Notes: a model not told the origin generated them from the sequence alone. Positions 1-12,500 are shown, counted from the first letter of the stretch. The stretch: DNA of 64,000 nt from Eledone cirrhosa (GCA_964016885.1 OZ024740.1:100130001-100194000); one strand, 5' to 3'. Made by a program: numbers and translations.

Positions 1-25
1 GTCCTGCCTCCCTCTCCTCCTGTGA

Positions 26-548
26 AGTCATTCAACCATAGAGGGTTTGCCAAACAAATGGTTGGGAGGACCCTTCAGTCTTGTCAAGGACATGAGAGCC
101 TCCCTAGTTTTGATCTACATGATAGACACTCCCAGTGCATGCTGTAAAGTAGTTGGTGATATGAAGGGCATTCAGTCATAGAAAGCTTGCCAGGCAAAGG
201 GTCGAAAAGAAACATCAGTCATGTCAAGGACATGACAATCTCCCTAGCGTTGGTGATTTACACGATAAACACACACAGTATATGCTGTAAAGAGGTTGGT
301 GACAGAAAGGGCATCCAACCAGAGAATTCTTGCCAAATAAAGAGTTTGGAGGACTCTCAATTGTGTCAAAGGTATGAAACCTCTCCCGAGCACTTGGTAG
401 AACATGAGACCATACATAAGCAAGACACAGATCCTTGGCCTGTCTGGGAGATCAGTGGCTATGGTTCAATACTGACTTGGTCTGTACGGATACATACAAC
501 TTTCGCTGGGATAGCAGACATTAAAACAATGATGACGATAATGATGAT
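26..548 (+). mobile_element. Decayed RTE-type 3' UTR with ~140-bp tandem modules and (GAT)n-like tail
   Basis: Two diverged units (77-190, 216-333), plus partial flanking units, contain the motif CTGTAAAG-GGTTGGTG-GAAGGGCATCCA also seen in RTE 3' ends elsewhere in the window; ends in GCAGACATTAAAACAATGATGACGAT. Confidence 0.55.
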
Positions 549-650
549 ATATATATGTCTGTGTGCGTAAGCGTGTATGTGTGTGTATGTATATATATAA
601 GGTTTTCAAAATTATTGAAGTGGTGGTATATATATATATATATATATTTT

Positions 651-820
651 TTTTCTTTAGCCCGTTTTGGCAGCCTCAACAATGCAGATGGGTAATTCTC
701 CGGGTAATGAGATCCGGTGGTGAAGAAAGAGAAGTAAGTCTCTCTCTTCACCACTGGATCTTGTTACCCGGAGAATTACCCATCTGCATTGTTGAGGCTT
801 CCAAAACGATCTAAAGAAAA
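651..820. repeat. 170-bp foldback (MITE-like) inverted repeat
   Basis: Arms 651-732 and 739-820 are reverse complements with 7 differences in 82 bp; 6-nt loop; TA-rich flanks. Confidence 0.85.
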
Positions 821-1145
821 TATATCTTATTATTCCACAATGCTTGAAGCAAACGTTAATCCTCTCTTATATATATATATATATATATATACACATACAT
901 ACATATTCCTGTTCCTCACACACATGCAAATGTATGTGTAAGCTGACATGCACACATTTCTCCCCACCTGTTATTGAACATTTTCAATGTTTTACCTTCC
1001 AGAACCATAAACATCCAAATCACATAGAAGAGTTTGGACAGAACATCTAATGAAATAATATATATAAAATTAATGTATATTTCATACTGTTAACTATACA
1101 AAGGAATGAATAATTGAGTAGCAATAGCGCAACACTGCTTGAAAT

Positions 1146-1412
<267 letters not shown>

Positions 1413-3215
1413 CATTTTACGTCCACTTTTCCCTGATTTTCCCTATATCAATATATATATATATATATACATGCATATATACACATATATGTATATATAT
1501 ATATAAAATAAATATATCCTTGACTACATTTTTTTTTTTTTCCTGCTCTGATGCTGTCTTTTGCAACAACACATGTGTCACATCTCGCAGAATTTGATAA
1601 ATTTATTTTTATAACCTCATTCGAGGAATTTATATGGCAAGAATTTTATAAATATTTGAATAACTTAATTTCAGAATTAATATTCTGACCATGAAAATTT
1701 CATGGAATTTTAAAATCCAGCTGTTTAATTTGTTTTTATGATATGACTCTAAGCATGTGTATATATGTGCATGTACCTGTATGTGTCTGTGTTTATGTGT
1801 GTATATATGTGTATTGATATTTGTTGATGTGTGTTGATGTGCACTCTCTGTGTATACACCCATCTGTTAGTTTTCCTTTCAAGTTTTAAATCTTTGAATC
1901 CATATGCAGCAATAATTATTTTATACCATAGACAAATGTGATTTGTATTGGAGGCATGTTAGGGTAACTACTCTGCTCATGAAAGAGAAAATATTCTTCC
2001 CTAACTGTATTCATTTATTGGTTTCAGTTATTAGCATGTAACCATGCTGGAGCATTTCCTTCCGAAAAGTCTGTTTGATTATATTGATCCAAGGATTAAA
2101 AGGCAGCAAATTGGCAGACTTGTTTGAGCATAAGATTAAAAAACTTGAGTTATGTGGTGAATTGGCAGAGTTGTTAGAAAATTCGACATTGAGTAGCATG
2201 CTTTAGGTTATTCATACCAGTGCTTTGTGCTCCAAGTTCACATCCCAGCAACGCCAACTTTGCCTTTTATCCTTTTGAGGTTAATAAAAAAGTACCTGCT
2301 CTATACTAAAGATGATTCTTTCTGTATATATCTTTCTTATTTTCTCTCTATTTTTCTCTCCTTCTCTGGAAGAAATAAACTGAGTTCAGATGTGGAGAGG
2401 AATGGGCTATGCCAGATTTAAATATCCAAGTATGTCACTTCACACCCCTACAATGCCACCGGACATTATGCACCCATACATACATAAATCTTGTGCTAAT
2501 TGTTTCAACTCTCTTCTATCTGAGTTCAAATCCTGCCATGGTCACTTTGTCTTTCAAATTACAAGTTCAGTGTAGTGGATTAGCTGCATTTTTAAAGTAT
2601 TGAATAGGATATCTTGTGGTGCTTGTCTGATTCTGTCACCTGAAAAGCTGGTTGTGAGAATGACAGGTAATATCAGCATTTGAAAGACTAATATTTTTTC
2701 TGGCCCTATCCTTGTACATACTGACTCTCAAGCCACTACTGCACAAATTGGAGATGTTGAGAGACACTCAACATGAGCTAAGTTCTTTATGCACTGTCAT
2801 CAATTTTTTTAGTTTTCTTATCAATAATTTTCAATTCATCTTTCTTCCAATTAATAACTCCTGTGTGATGAGAAACACACCCCATATGTGATGCCTTGAT
2901 CTTATTCCTTCCATTCAATTTCGATGACATTACAATTCTCACTCACTGAGGTAGTCTTTTTTTTAACCATATTATTATCATAATATTAATAGCACATTTG
3001 GAAGACAGAGATAGTAAGCATAGAGTGCCAAATTAAATGTATCGGGGCATTCAGTAATGAGCCTTTACATCCAAAGTTTAAATTCCTTTGGGACAGAGTT
3101 TGCTTTTCATCTTTCCAAGATCAATAAATCTGTATCAATAATATATATGTATATATATATATATAGTTATCTATTCAATTGATTAAAAGCAACCTTACGT
3201 TAGAAATCATTATTA

Positions 3216-3402
3216 GTGGATTGGCAGTATCGGTAGAGGGTCTAACGCCATACTTTGCAGCATAGAATTATGGCCCTTTATGATCTGAGTTCAAATCCCA
3301 CCGAGGTTAACTTTGCCTTTCATCCTTACGGGGTTGATAAAATGAAGCACCAGTAATACACTGAGATAATTGCTGGCCATGTGCCAAAAGTAGAAACAAT
3401 TA
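3216..3402 (+). mobile_element. SINE family A (tRNA-derived head, Deu/Nin-like central domain)
   Basis: GTGGATTGGCAGTATCGGTAGAG...GAGTTCAAATCCC...AACTTTGCCTTTCATCCTTACGGGGTTGATAAAAT...GTAGAAACAATTATT; more than 10 copies in the window (decayed or partial ones near 2155, 3000, 3430, 8311, 11090, 13470, 14680, 17700). Confidence 0.85.
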
Positions 3403-3859
3403 TTAGCATGATTGCCATTACAATAAAAATAATTGTTTCTCATATATGCACATGGCTAGAAAGTTTGAAAGCCAGTGTGAGTTGAAGGAATCACCCTTAC
3501 TTACTTCACTGGTAGATCATTTTATTAACTACAGAAGGTTGAGAGGCAAAGTTGACCATGTCAGAATATGACCTCAGAATTTAAAAAGAGGGAAGAAATA
3601 TTGCAAAGTGTTTTACTGACATACTAATTAATAATTCTGCCAATAATCCAGTGTAAAATTATAATTTTTCACATAGACATAATGTCAGAAACTTTAGGGG
3701 TAATGTTAGTTGAATCAGTCAACTCCAACACTTGATTACAACATATAGGGCATATATTTGATGATAAAATATTCTGCAGTCATCACTCAGAACTAAGTAT
3801 TAAATACTTATATGTGTGAATCGTTTGCTAATGGATATATACCCTTCTTCCTTTGTCCA

Positions 3860-4080
3860 GGGGAACATACAAGTTGTGGCAGTTGGAAGGAGGAGTGGCT
3901 GCACCAGCACTGGACTGGTTCTTTCAATATCTACTCTGAAAGCCTGAGAGACAAATGTAACCTCAATGGAATGGGAATTCAGTGCCTAGGAATTAATATC
4001 CAACATTCTAATGACACTGCCATATCAACTGCATCAAGAAAGGATATAATAAAAAAGGTCAGCTCCGTCTCATCCAGCAA
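3860..4080 (+). pseudogene. Old RTE-like reverse transcriptase remnant
   Basis: Translation FNIYSESL...GIQCLGINIQHSNDTA resembles the LFNIYSE...GI.I.G.NI..LRYADDT motif of RTE RTs. Confidence 0.4.
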
Positions 4081-5339
4081 CTGATCGTTTTCTTTTGTTA
4101 CTGGAGCTTTTGATATCGCTAATACAGTAGAAAGGAATAACAAATCTTCAGACCACTTGAGCAATGCAAAATAAAGCATCTTCTTCAAATACATATGTGA
4201 TAACTGGTACAGGCAGGAATCAAATGCATGATCCTACGATTGTGAACCAAACAACCTAACCATTAGGTCACATGCCTCCACAAAAACATTGGTGAGAAGA
4301 CTGAAAAAAGCAATGTACTTTGAGCATTTGTGCAAAGATGCCTGCAATATATTTTCAACCTCAAGATAAAAGCACTCCCTCATAATTCCCCAGAAAATAT
4401 ATGTGTATTATTTTTTACAATATAAGATTAAAAAAAAGTAAATATATAAATAAATTTCATTTTTTATTCATATTCAGTCAATGAAAACAAATTATGAAGC
4501 TAATGAGAGAGCCTCTATAGGGTTGTTCAACCTGCTAGAAAAGGTCAATCTCCCCTGAAAAAAACCCATACTTTTAAAAATTAATGACATAATCTGAATA
4601 ATAGTTTTAGATACATTGTCTAAAAATATGATTGGATAAACGTGACTGGAATGCTTTCATAATAGGCCTACTCAAGGCAGGCCTGGGGCTAAACAACTGC
4701 AGCATCACATTATTACTATATTAATGAAGGAGTATATACATAGTCCCTTGTATTATTAGGAATTGCGATAAAATGTCCTTCAAACTAAACAGTATGACCT
4801 GAAAAGACAAATGCCATATCCAGCCCATGAAGATGCCTCTATGTAAAACTTGACATGTTAGAAAAAACAGTGAAATTTTCCTCAAATTACAGTTTACTAT
4901 TTAAGAAAACGCCACACTCAGTAACGCTCAATGCATGTTGTAGGGTAAGGAACAGGATGGCCATGACTGGAATGCCTTTGATAACAGTTCTCTTCAATCA
5001 TGGTTGACCTGTGGCTAAGCAACAATAAATAACATATTAGATGATATATTCCTGAATACATTCTGGCAAAAAAGGGGAAATACAGATTGTCACACAGCCT
5101 TAACATCTTTGACCATGTTTGTTTACTCAAGTAGGGTTGTTGTTGTTGTGTGTGTAGTGGGGCTAAAACAACAACAACAACCATAAATATATTTACTAAA
5201 ATAATTGTTTCTACTTTTGGCACAAGGCCATATTTACTAAAATAATGACAATATGGAGGTGAATAAACTCAGTAGCAGAGGCTGCAATGAGATGAATAAG
5301 GAAAGAGTTAGGAAACAAGAAATATATTGACTAAAATAA

Positions 5340-5850
5340 TGACAAAATAGAGAAGGTGGATTATGTTTGGCAATGATGGCTAGAGTGAGATGGACATGGA
5401 AAAAGTTCTGGGAATAGAGTGCTATGCTAATGAGGAGGGGAGTGTTACTGAGACTGAAGAGAAAGTTGTATGGTGCATGTGTGATGTGTACATGTGTGAT
5501 GGGTTATGAACATGGAGGAGGATAGGCTATGAAGAATGGAAAGAGAATGGTCCAGTGGATGAGTGGGGCCTTGCTTAGAGAGAGAATGACAAACGATGAA
5601 TTGTAGATGATGATAAGAATAGACACAGTGATGAATATTCCGGAAAGAAATGAGTGAATCAGATGTTCAGAAAGGATGAAATTGATTGGGTGAGATGAGT
5701 GATGGTAATGAATGTGAAGGAAAGGAAAAGGAAGACCAAAAAAATGACATAGCTAAATATAATAAAGGAGGAAATGAAGACAAAACTAATAAGCCTCTCA
5801 TGGGGCTTGCAAAGCTAACCCTGGCTTTAGCAGAGAAAATTGCGTTAAAA
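5340..5850 (+). mobile_element. Heavily decayed RTE LINE C-terminal fragment
   Basis: Fragments read RMVQWMSG..LRERMTNDEL, RKDEIDWVR and K.RPKK, homologous to the C-terminus of the RTE at 19425-19751. Confidence 0.55.
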
Positions 5851-6219
5851 TATGTGTGGCTGTAGTTGTAATGACAAATAAGATGATGTTTTAAAGTAAA
5901 AGTGATTATATAAACCAGCTGCTAGAAATATTTCTTATAAATTTCCTGCTTTGTAAATTAATCAGCTTATACTAATTAATTAGCCTGACAAAATTAGATT
6001 GAGAAATATTGTTGAAGATTTTGAAAAGGAAAAAACGATCTTGTTGAGTATTGGTCAAAATAAAAATATCTTGAAATAAGGAAACAAAAAAAAACATACA
6101 ACCAAAGACAGCTAGACAAGATTGCCCTGATATATATATATCATATCATATCATCAACATCATCATCATCTTGCCCATCTTATATATATATATACACACA
6201 AAAATACATACATATATGT

Positions 6220-6835
6220 AAATACAAATAAAATATAGAGTTATTAACTCATATAGATACCCTGCAATTAACAAGCTCAAAGTTTCAGGTTGAATGATAT
6301 ATAACATTTGTGGTGTAATCTACCCTCGTAATTTTAGACACGGGTTTACTGTGTTTACTTCTACACATATTAATATTATAATGCTCAGTATTTATACTTT
6401 GAGTTTGTTAATTGCAGGGTATCTATATGAGTTAATAACTCTATATTTTATTTGTATTTCGGCTCCTTATCTGTTGAGCTTATAAAAATGAGTGTAAATA
6501 GGCTATCATTTCTAGTATAACCACTCGCACCGCATATGACTTTCAACGCACGAGGTGTAAACTTTAGTGAGTTTATTGTTATAGGTGTTATGTAACATTT
6601 AGTGTTATCTCCTGCTGACGAAATGCCTACGGATTACTTGTTACAAACACGATTCATTCAGGGCGAAACAGATTAAATCTGTCCGGGAGATGGAATGGTT
6701 ATTGATATGGTATGTATGAGAAATCTTGTAACATCCCATATGATTCAGGTTGAATGATATATAACATTTGTGGTGTAATCTACCCTCGTAATTTTAGACA
6801 CGGGTTTTCTGTGTTTACTTCTACACATATTAATA
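6220..6835 (+). mobile_element. Penelope-like pLTR / retrozyme-like unit: 460-bp partial tandem with adjacent inverted arm
   Basis: Direct repeat 6284-6375 = 6744-6835 (1 mismatch, period 460); 6220-6283 is the reverse complement of 6396-6459 (1 mismatch); contains an HHR; embedded in TA-rich microsatellite. Confidence 0.75.
6607..6691 (+). ncRNA. Type I hammerhead ribozyme
   Basis: Stem I ATCTCCTG(6607-14)/CGGGAGAT(6684-91); core CTGACGA 6615-21; stem II GCC(T).../GGGC; GAAA 6665-68; stem III ACAGAT/ATCTGT with TAA loop; GTC cleavage triplet ending at 6683. Confidence 0.75.
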
Positions 6836-7110
6836 CATATATGTATATATATTTATATTATATATGTATATATGTATATATTTATATTATATACATGCAC
6901 ACACACATATACACATATTCACATATTGTTATATTTGGCGAGGGTCATATTGTTATAATATTGCCAGAAATAATAATAAAACACACTCACTGTTTGGTTT
7001 GGATTCGTTTTTGCTTCTGTGTATTTTATATCCCTATAGTTAATTTAGCTGGCAATCAATGTTTATCATTGAATGACGAATGGTTAAAAAAAATAAAATA
7101 TATATATATA

Positions 7111-7436
7111 TAGTCTATCGAAGTTCTTTCATCACACAACTATGACATCAACAGTGGCACTATTATGTTTCCTCCCGTAGTATTGTAATGTCTATTCTAT
7201 TTTTTATTTATTTAGTTATTTATTTATTCTTGTCTCTGTTTGCGCATGCTTTGGTGTGTGTTTGTGTCTGAGCCTGTGTGTGTTTGTATTCTATCTTTGC
7301 TCACTAGTGTGTGTTTATGCGTGGTTGTTGTTATTGTACCTGTGTATGTTTATTTATATTTATCTTAGGTCACTATTGCGTGTTTGTGAATGACTGTTGT
7401 TTTTCTATTCATTTTTTCTGTTCAACTTCGATTCTC
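7111..7436 (-). mobile_element. Penelope-like element C-terminus and 3' UTR (inverted relative to the neighbouring piece)
   Basis: Minus strand reads ESKLNRKNE*(TAG, likely from TGG), resembling the LNxKxEW end of PLE GIY-YIG proteins; degenerate HHR-like CTGTTGA-T-GTCATA/TGTGAT-GAAA near the (TA)n end. Confidence 0.4.
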
Positions 7437-7680
7437 TTCATCAATCGAATGCAATTATCTGGCTACAGCTAAAGGGACAGAATCAGGGTATACAAAGGAG
7501 CCATGGGGAAATATAAGACCCTCATAGAGATGGACATGAAAGGTATTTGCCCATTATACAGGAGCAAATCATGGAATAGCATAGATAGGACTAAACATAA
7601 GATAGGGAAAGCCACTTCATTGTTTGACAACCAGGGATAGCAGAGTGTCGAGTTCGTGGATGCAACTCCTGGACACACGA
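7437..7680 (+). pseudogene. Penelope-like (possibly Naiad-type) RT thumb/linker fragment
   Basis: FINRMQLSGYS*RDRIRVYKGAMGKY...GICPLYRSKSWNSIDR...SVEFVDATPG matches the RMQxSGY...GxxPLYRxxxW...FVxATP pattern I recall from PLE proteins; contains in-frame stops. Confidence 0.55.
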
Positions 7681-7706
7681 TTTTATATCAAAAACCTTGC
7701 AAAACA

Positions 7707-7717
7707 AATTGATCACC

Positions 7718-7757
<40 letters not shown>

Positions 7758-7768
7758 GGTGATCAATT
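7707..7768. repeat. Perfect palindrome AATTGATCACCG-(TA)n-CGGTGATCAATT
   Basis: Read directly. Confidence 0.9.
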
Positions 7769-8025
7769 CTAACTTTAAATTTATACCTAACTGTGTATAG
7801 TTGACGGTATATTTGGTCAGTTTCTACATGCTGTTGAAATGTTGGGTAAATACTCTATTGTGGTCAACCGCGAAGAGGCTGCTTTCGGTTATTTATCAAA
7901 TATTTCTTCATAGAAGCCTTTATTCTGATAGACTAGTCTAATTGATTTTTATATGGTTAATTATGCTAATTGGGAGAGGAAATAGTATATATTTTATCTA
8001 ATAATTCTAAGGACATGATTTATGA
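7769..8025 (+). mobile_element. 3' tail of a Penelope-like element, homologous to 60047-60305
   Basis: Shared collinear blocks (ACCTAACT, TAGTTGA, TTTCTAC, TATTTCTTCATAG, AGGAAATA...TATATATTTTATCTAATAATT); both copies end at the same point against (TA)n. Confidence 0.55.
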
Positions 8026-8027
8026 TA

Positions 8028-8060
<33 letters not shown>

Positions 8061-8162
8061 GTACCATATATATATACATATATATATATATGGTACAAAT
8101 AAATTGCATTCATAGGCGGTATTCTGAATGAACACTCGACGCTTTTGGGGAGCAGAGTATCA

Positions 8163-8308
8163 ATAATATTAATATACAAGGGAACAAAGGATCAGTGTTG
8201 CATCATATACATATTAATTAGATATTTCATATGTTTTACATATTATGTTTAATTAAACATGTATATGATCCAACACTAATTCTTTGTTCCCTTATATATT
8301 AATATTAT
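8163..8308. repeat. ~145-bp imperfect inverted repeat (MITE-like)
   Basis: ATAATATTAATATACAAGGGAACAAAGGATCAGTGTTGCATCATATACAT pairs with ATGTATATGATCCAACACTAATTCTTTGTTCCCTTATATATTAATATTAT. Confidence 0.8.
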
Positions 8309-8459
8309 ATCGAGGTTAACTTTACCTTTCATTCTTATGGGGTCGATAAAATAAAGTACCAGTAATACGCTGGAATAATCGCTGGCCTTGTGCTAAAAGT
8401 AGAAACAATTATATATATATATATTATCTCAATCAATCTTGTAATGAAACCAGGGAAAT

Positions 8460-9135
8460 ATACTTATACCAGTCGTCTTGCACCACTAACCTTGTTGTTT
8501 CTTCTGATACAGTCTTCAAGCATGTGCTGTTTTGAAGTATGTCAATAAAGTTAGTGGTTTATCCTCCACATCACTTTTTCAGTCTATTTTTCTAACTATC
8601 CCCTGTTAGTACAACCTTCACAACAGTTCTCTTGCCTCTAATTTTATTAATGAGTTTATTTTCCTTGCTTCAATGTGCTCATTTTGTTGTTAATTGTATT
8701 CATTGAAGGTATATTATATTTTCCATTTAGAACGCTTAACTTAGGGATCTTATTTCTTCTTTTTTCTGATTGGTATGAGCATTTTAGCAATCTCATTGTT
8801 TGTGTGTATTGAGTGCCGGTAACTCTCAGTTGCCGTATCTGACAGCACTAAGCTGACAAAACCTGTTAATTCAGATGTAGCATTAATCTAATGATTTAGG
8901 TTCCCTTGAGACTTTCCTGTTGCATGCAGTTCTTTTGGACTGTGTTTTATTTATTCTGAGGCTTAACGTGACACATGCTAACAAAGTGTGATGATCTGAA
9001 CTGGAGCTGAAAATATTGTTGTAGGCTCCTATATTTTGATATGGACTTACACTTTTGTTTGGAAGAATATAGGCTATCTGTATTTTTATACAAGAAATGT
9101 CTAAAATAAATGCCAACAGTTTCCCATAAATATGC
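8460..9135 (-). pseudogene. Decayed LINE endonuclease C-terminus and linker
   Basis: KIQIAYIL...AYNNIFSSSSDHHTLLACVTLSLR resembles the APE QIDYIL...SDH motif; downstream VSEETTRLV resembles the RTE WISEET.KL linker. Confidence 0.5.
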
Positions 9136-9159
9136 ATGCCTATACACACACATACACAC

Positions 9160-9198
<39 letters not shown>

Positions 9199-9216
9199 AA
9201 AATATATGTATATATA

Positions 9217-9870
9217 TCATCATCATCATCATCAACGTTTAACGTCCGTGTTCCACGCTTGCATGGGTTTGGACGGGGGTTTTCCCACTTGCTCGCATAG
9301 GACTGTCTGGCGGGTTTTCTACAGCTGGATGCCCTTCCTAACACCAACCACATTTACAGTGTGGGGCTGGGAGGTTTTTACCGTGTTGCCTACACGACCA
9401 CATTACAGCGTGGACTGTCTGGCGGGTTTTCTACAGCTGGATGCCCTTCCTAACACCAACCACATTTACAGTGTGGGGCTGGGAGGTTTTTACCGTGTTG
9501 CCTACACGGCCACATTACAGCGTGGACTGTGTGTTTTTTTGTCGTGACACCTACACAATCTCATTTGTTTGGGCCTGGATGTTGTGGCACCAACATAACT
9601 TTACATTGAAAGGGGCGGTGTCGATGGGGTGGGGGTGGTGGGACGGGGGTGTATTTTGTTAGAGATGCCTACTGACTGTAGTAGGTTTTACTTTGTATTT
9701 AGGTAAGGCGGGTCTTCTCTATTACTGAGTACCGCCAAAGGTCTCTGTCCAGTGACATTGTCTTGGAGAGGTGTAAGTGTGTGAGGTCGGAATTTATCAG
9801 CTCGTCCCAGGTTTTTCTAGGTCTGCCTACTCCGTAGCTACCGTCTATCTTTATTGCCCTGCACTTTGTT
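9217..9870 (-). mobile_element. 5'-truncated RTE LINE 3' end with duplicated UTR module
   Basis: Minus strand encodes CRAIKIDGSYGVGRPRKTWDELINSDL; ~113-bp tandem duplication (9300-9412 / 9413-9525); tail GGAACACGGACGTTAAACG-(TGA)n. Confidence 0.8.
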
Positions 9871-9971
9871 ATATATATATATATATATACTATGTAAAGT
9901 TATCAATACATATAAACTTTTAACCTTGTATGTATGTGTATATATATATACATAAGTAGTTCCACAACAGT

Positions 9972-10049
9972 TAATTCACCATTTTTGAGGACAATTGTTT
10001 CACCTTATTTGGATTATGTGAAACTATTGTTCCCGGAAATGGTGAATTA
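9972..10049 (+). repeat. 32-bp stem / 14-nt loop hairpin
   Basis: 30 of 32 positions pair on the + strand (3 G-U, 2 mismatches). Confidence 0.75.
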
Positions 10050-11451
10050 TTAAAAATTTAAAATATGTAGGAAATCTTGAAACTCTTTGTTATAGATTTT
10101 ACTGATTATAAATTAGAAGTATAAAGCTGTTTTTTCATGCTTGCATGGGTTCGGTTGGGTTAGACCCTTTCTATTTTCAGAGATTGAATGGTTAGATTCT
10201 TTTCCTGGTGCCAACTAATACCTTTTTTACATAGGGGATATAACACTGGTGCTTGTTAAACCACTATACTGCAGGAGTATTGTTCATGGGGTTCATAATC
10301 AACTTTCATGCAGGAATAACATCTGACTGAATAGAACCTAAGATGATATTGTTGCAATGCAAACTTGTTAACCATGCAGCCATTGCATATGAAGGAATTA
10401 CAATTGTGCTAGATTGCAGGCCATAATATTCATGAATTTGAATATTACTACTACTTCCATTATATTTTGATCTAGAGCAAGAAACATAACTCTGTTTCTT
10501 CTCAGTTGCCCAACTGACATAAAATAGATTCTATTCAACATTTTTCTAGTTCGCAGTTAAGTGGTGAATAGTAGGAATAACATCTGACTGAAATGTAATT
10601 GGTCTAAATTATAAAAAAAGCATCCTATCTATGTAAACAAGGGGAAATTGATCTAAAATACCCATGGAAAATATATGATAAAATTCCTATATTGCTATTA
10701 GACTGCTGAGGTATATATTTTATTGACATCAAGATAAGCAAAAGGCATACATTGGCCTTCTGTACAATTTATGTATGTCAGACTTCGTTCACAAGGCTTT
10801 AATCAATTTGATGCCATCTTAGTAGACACAAGGTTGCATTGTAGAATCAAAGCTATACTCATGATCATCCTTGTTGGACATGTAGCTGATGACAATTTTC
10901 CTCCACCCAGTGCAGCTTTCATAATCAGTTGTGTTCCCATGGTTGGCTGATTACCCTTGGCCATTGATAGGATATGAATTCCTAGACAGAATTTGAACCA
11001 AGAGGACAGGGAGGTAAAACAAATATCACAAGATATTCTATCCAATGCTCTCACAACTCAGATAATCCAATTTTATGGATGAAGTGGTACTTTATTTAAT
11101 CAACCCCGAAACATAAAATTGACTTCAATGGGATTTGAAATCAGACTGTAAAGAGCCAATACAAAAACAATATATTTTATCTAATGTTGAAATGATTTTG
11201 TTAATTGGCCATCTACACACTACATAGTTGCTAAGCAATTTTTTTAAACAACAAAGACAAGTATGCATATACATATGGCTGAATGTTTTGTAACAATAAA
11301 AATTATAAATAGCTTTTATTCTGAACTAATTTTCCTGGAAAATGATATACAACATTATCATTTCTATGGCAGCTATTGTAAATTAGTAATATATGTAACA
11401 TGCATTAAAGTGTGATGTATTAAATGCCATATATGTACATTCTTAATTAAT

Positions 11452-11640
11452 TGTTTCTAGATTTGGCACAAGGCCAGAAATTAACCAGTGCATTACTGGT
11501 ACTTTATTTTATCGACCCCGTAATGATGAAAGGCAAAGTTAACCTCGGCGGGATTTGAACTCAGAATGGCAAGAGCCGTAACTCTATGCGTCAAAGCATG
11601 GCGTCCGACCCTCTACCGATACTGCCAATCCATCACCCTT
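11452..11640 (-). mobile_element. SINE family A, full length with TSD
   Basis: Matches the other copies; 16-bp TSD TACATTCTTAATTAAT at 11436-11451 and 11641-11656. Confidence 0.9.
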
Positions 11641-11757
11641 TACATTCTTAATTAATAATAATATTTTTTAATTGGGGAGTGAAAATAATCTATTGACAAC
11701 TGTTGACAACTCCTTAAGAAAGGTGGTAATAATTTCAAGAAACTAAGAATTAGTGAA

Positions 11758-11935
11758 TGGACATAGCCTAGTAGTTAGAGTGTGGGGTTTGCAGTCAGGA
11801 GGTTGTGAGTTTGATTCTCAGACTGTGCGATGCATTGTGTCCTTGAGTAAGATACTTTATTTCAGGTTGCTCAGCTTTAGAAATAAGTTGCGAGCCAAGC
11901 TGTATCAGTCATTGCCTTTCCCTTGGACAACATCA
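11758..11935 (+). mobile_element. tRNA-head CORE-like SINE, diverged
   Basis: A-box-like TAGCCTAGTAG, B-box-like GAGTTTGATTC, then GTGTCCTTGAGTAAGATACTTTATTTC. Confidence 0.65.
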
Positions 11936-12121
11936 ATGGCATGAATGTTTATGTAGGTGTAGTAAGCCATATATATTCTAGCCATTAGAAAAAGCAAAAT
12001 ATATGCTGTACTCTCTTATTTATTTCCTTCAATTATATGCAGTCCACAAAGACCAAAAAGACACATCAAGCACTTTTGAATGCTATTTTTTTTTTCATAA
12101 TGTGTAAAGAAGAGCATCAAT

Positions 12122-12500
12122 TTAGTTGGAATAAGAATTGACAAAAATGTGTAAATTACCAACGTGACTCATGAAAGCCCCAGTCCATGTGAATACATTC
12201 CCATGGGCGACCGTTATTCCCTGTTGCAGTTGATTAATCTCTTGGAATTTGATTTTGTTGACAACCACTGCAATTGCAACATCACAAGGTATGTGTGGCC
12301 ACCAGAACTCAAGAGAAATCTTACCGAGCATTTGTTGAATACTCAAATGTGTATTATGACTGTCCTGAAGCACAGTCATGTAGTTGCTAAGGAACAAACA
12401 TTCTGGCCTCCCAGCATAGAATTCCATCTTCTATTGTTAGTTCATCATGAACACATTAGAAAAGGAGGTCACCTTTGTTTCACAAAATTCATTTTCTGTA
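12122..12500 (-). pseudogene. Ty3/Gypsy integrase remnant
   Basis: VLQDSHNTHLSIQQMLGKISLEFWWPHI...CSGCQQ (HHCC-type zinc domain) followed by PWECIHMDW and IFVNSYS of the integrase core; frameshifted. Confidence 0.65.
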
